This document shows positions 62,959 to 64,000 of a stretch of 64,000 nt of DNA, piece by piece. The stretch covers positions 51,460,001 to 51,524,000 of the forward strand of contig JBNRSN020000023.1 of NCBI GenBank assembly GCA_051313645.2. Direction: 5' to 3'. The first letter of the stretch is position 1. The number at the start of each line of letters is the position of its first letter. Under the pieces are notes generated by a model that saw nothing but the letters and a program-made list of their open reading frames with translations, searched no databases and was not told the origin of the DNA. Both the position numbers and the translations under genes were made by a program. Source of the DNA: Centroscyllium fabricii (Eukaryota).

Positions 62959-63618
62959 TACAGGTTGTGCACCGTTAATCCAGCACCCTCGGGACCATGT
63001 CGGTGCCGGACTACTGAAAATGCCGAACCACCGAAGGTTCGGGGAGCGCATGCGCAAACCATTCAAAATGGCCGCTACGCATACCAGTCAAAATGGCCGC
63101 TGCGTATACCAGTCAAAATGGTCGCTGCGCATACCAGTCAAAATGGCCGCTGCACATGGGCAGACCAGTCAAAATGGCCGCTGCGCATGCGCAGGCCAGT
63201 CAAAATGGCCGCTGCGCATGCGCAGGCCAGTCAAACTGGCCACTGCGCATGCGCAGACCAGTCAAACTGGCCACTGCACATGCGCAGACCAGTCAAAATG
63301 GCCGCTGCGCCTGGGCAGACCAGTCAAAATGGCCTCTGCGCATGCGCAGACCAGTCAGAATAGCCGCTGCGCATGCGCAGACCTGTCAAAATGGTCACTG
63401 CACATGCGCAGACCAGTCAAAATGGCCGCAGCCCAGGTGCAGACCAGTCAAAGAGTGAGGGAATGGGATTTGCGGTCCTGGGACTCTCCGGTGCTGCCGG
63501 GGAGAGGCCCGCGCATCGCGAGCGTCCCTGGGATCACGTGGGCCGGCCAGCAGAATTCGTGCCAGACCACTGAAGGTACCGGATTATCGGGTGCCGGATT
63601 AACGGTGCACAACCTGTA
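62959..63618. mobile_element. Tigger-like MITE with about 14-copy tandem array, inside a minus-strand SINE
   Basis: TA TSD, TIR CAGGTTGTGCACCGTTAATCC; units GCGCATGCGCAGACCAGTCAAAATGGCCGCT. Confidence 0.87.
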
Positions 63619-64000
63619 CTAGTTTTTTATTCCACATTTATTTAATTGAATCTAAATTCCCCAGGGGCCATGGTGGGATTTGAACTCATGTCTACACGAG
63701 ATCATTAGTCCAAGCCTCTCGACTACTCGTCCAGTAACATAACCACTATGCTCCCGTAATTGATTGCAACTCACCAACTTCAAGTGTAATACAGTTAAAA
63801 AAATAAATTAAACTCCAGATGGCTCAATGGGTAAATAATATATGATGTGGTGCTTGAGGACTGAAGATCAGGAGGATCCCAGGGACCATCTCAAAACTAT
63901 TGAGCTAGTCTTCGCCCTTTGGCTAGCCCCTGGTGAAGGGAGGGGGAAATAATCCAGGGCTTCCCCTCCTAATCACTTCAATTTTAAAATTCTCATCCTT

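Overview
Vertebrate genomic DNA, very probably a shark or ray (inferred from HE1/V-SINE-like and DeuSINE-like repeats and abundant CR1). The window lies inside one plus-strand gene. Eleven consecutive GT-AG exons (3144-61260; 1077 nt, 359 codons, phases compatible) encode the central region of DOCK5 up to the start of the DHR-2 GEF domain. The introns are mostly nested transposable elements: CR1 LINEs (one with esterase ORF1 remnant + APE + RT), Tx1-, RTE-, Rex1/Babar- and Crack-like LINE fragments, a Penelope-like element, SINEs, Harbinger and Tigger-like MITEs, a solo LTR, and a young full-length Mag-like Gypsy element inserted into the transposase of a two-gene PIF/Harbinger transposon. Most unusual signals: (1) the Gypsy element has no tRNA PBS; instead a perfect 13-nt complement of its own LTR poly(A)-signal region sits at the PBS position, suggesting self-priming or poly(A) occlusion; (2) a Tigger-like MITE family with variable cargo sits three times in the identical TA of one SINE family, and one cargo is a tandem NRF1+YY1 motif array; (3) very small TSD-flanked elements are built around minimal hammerhead ribozyme motifs. 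Family assignments come from recalled motifs, not database searches.
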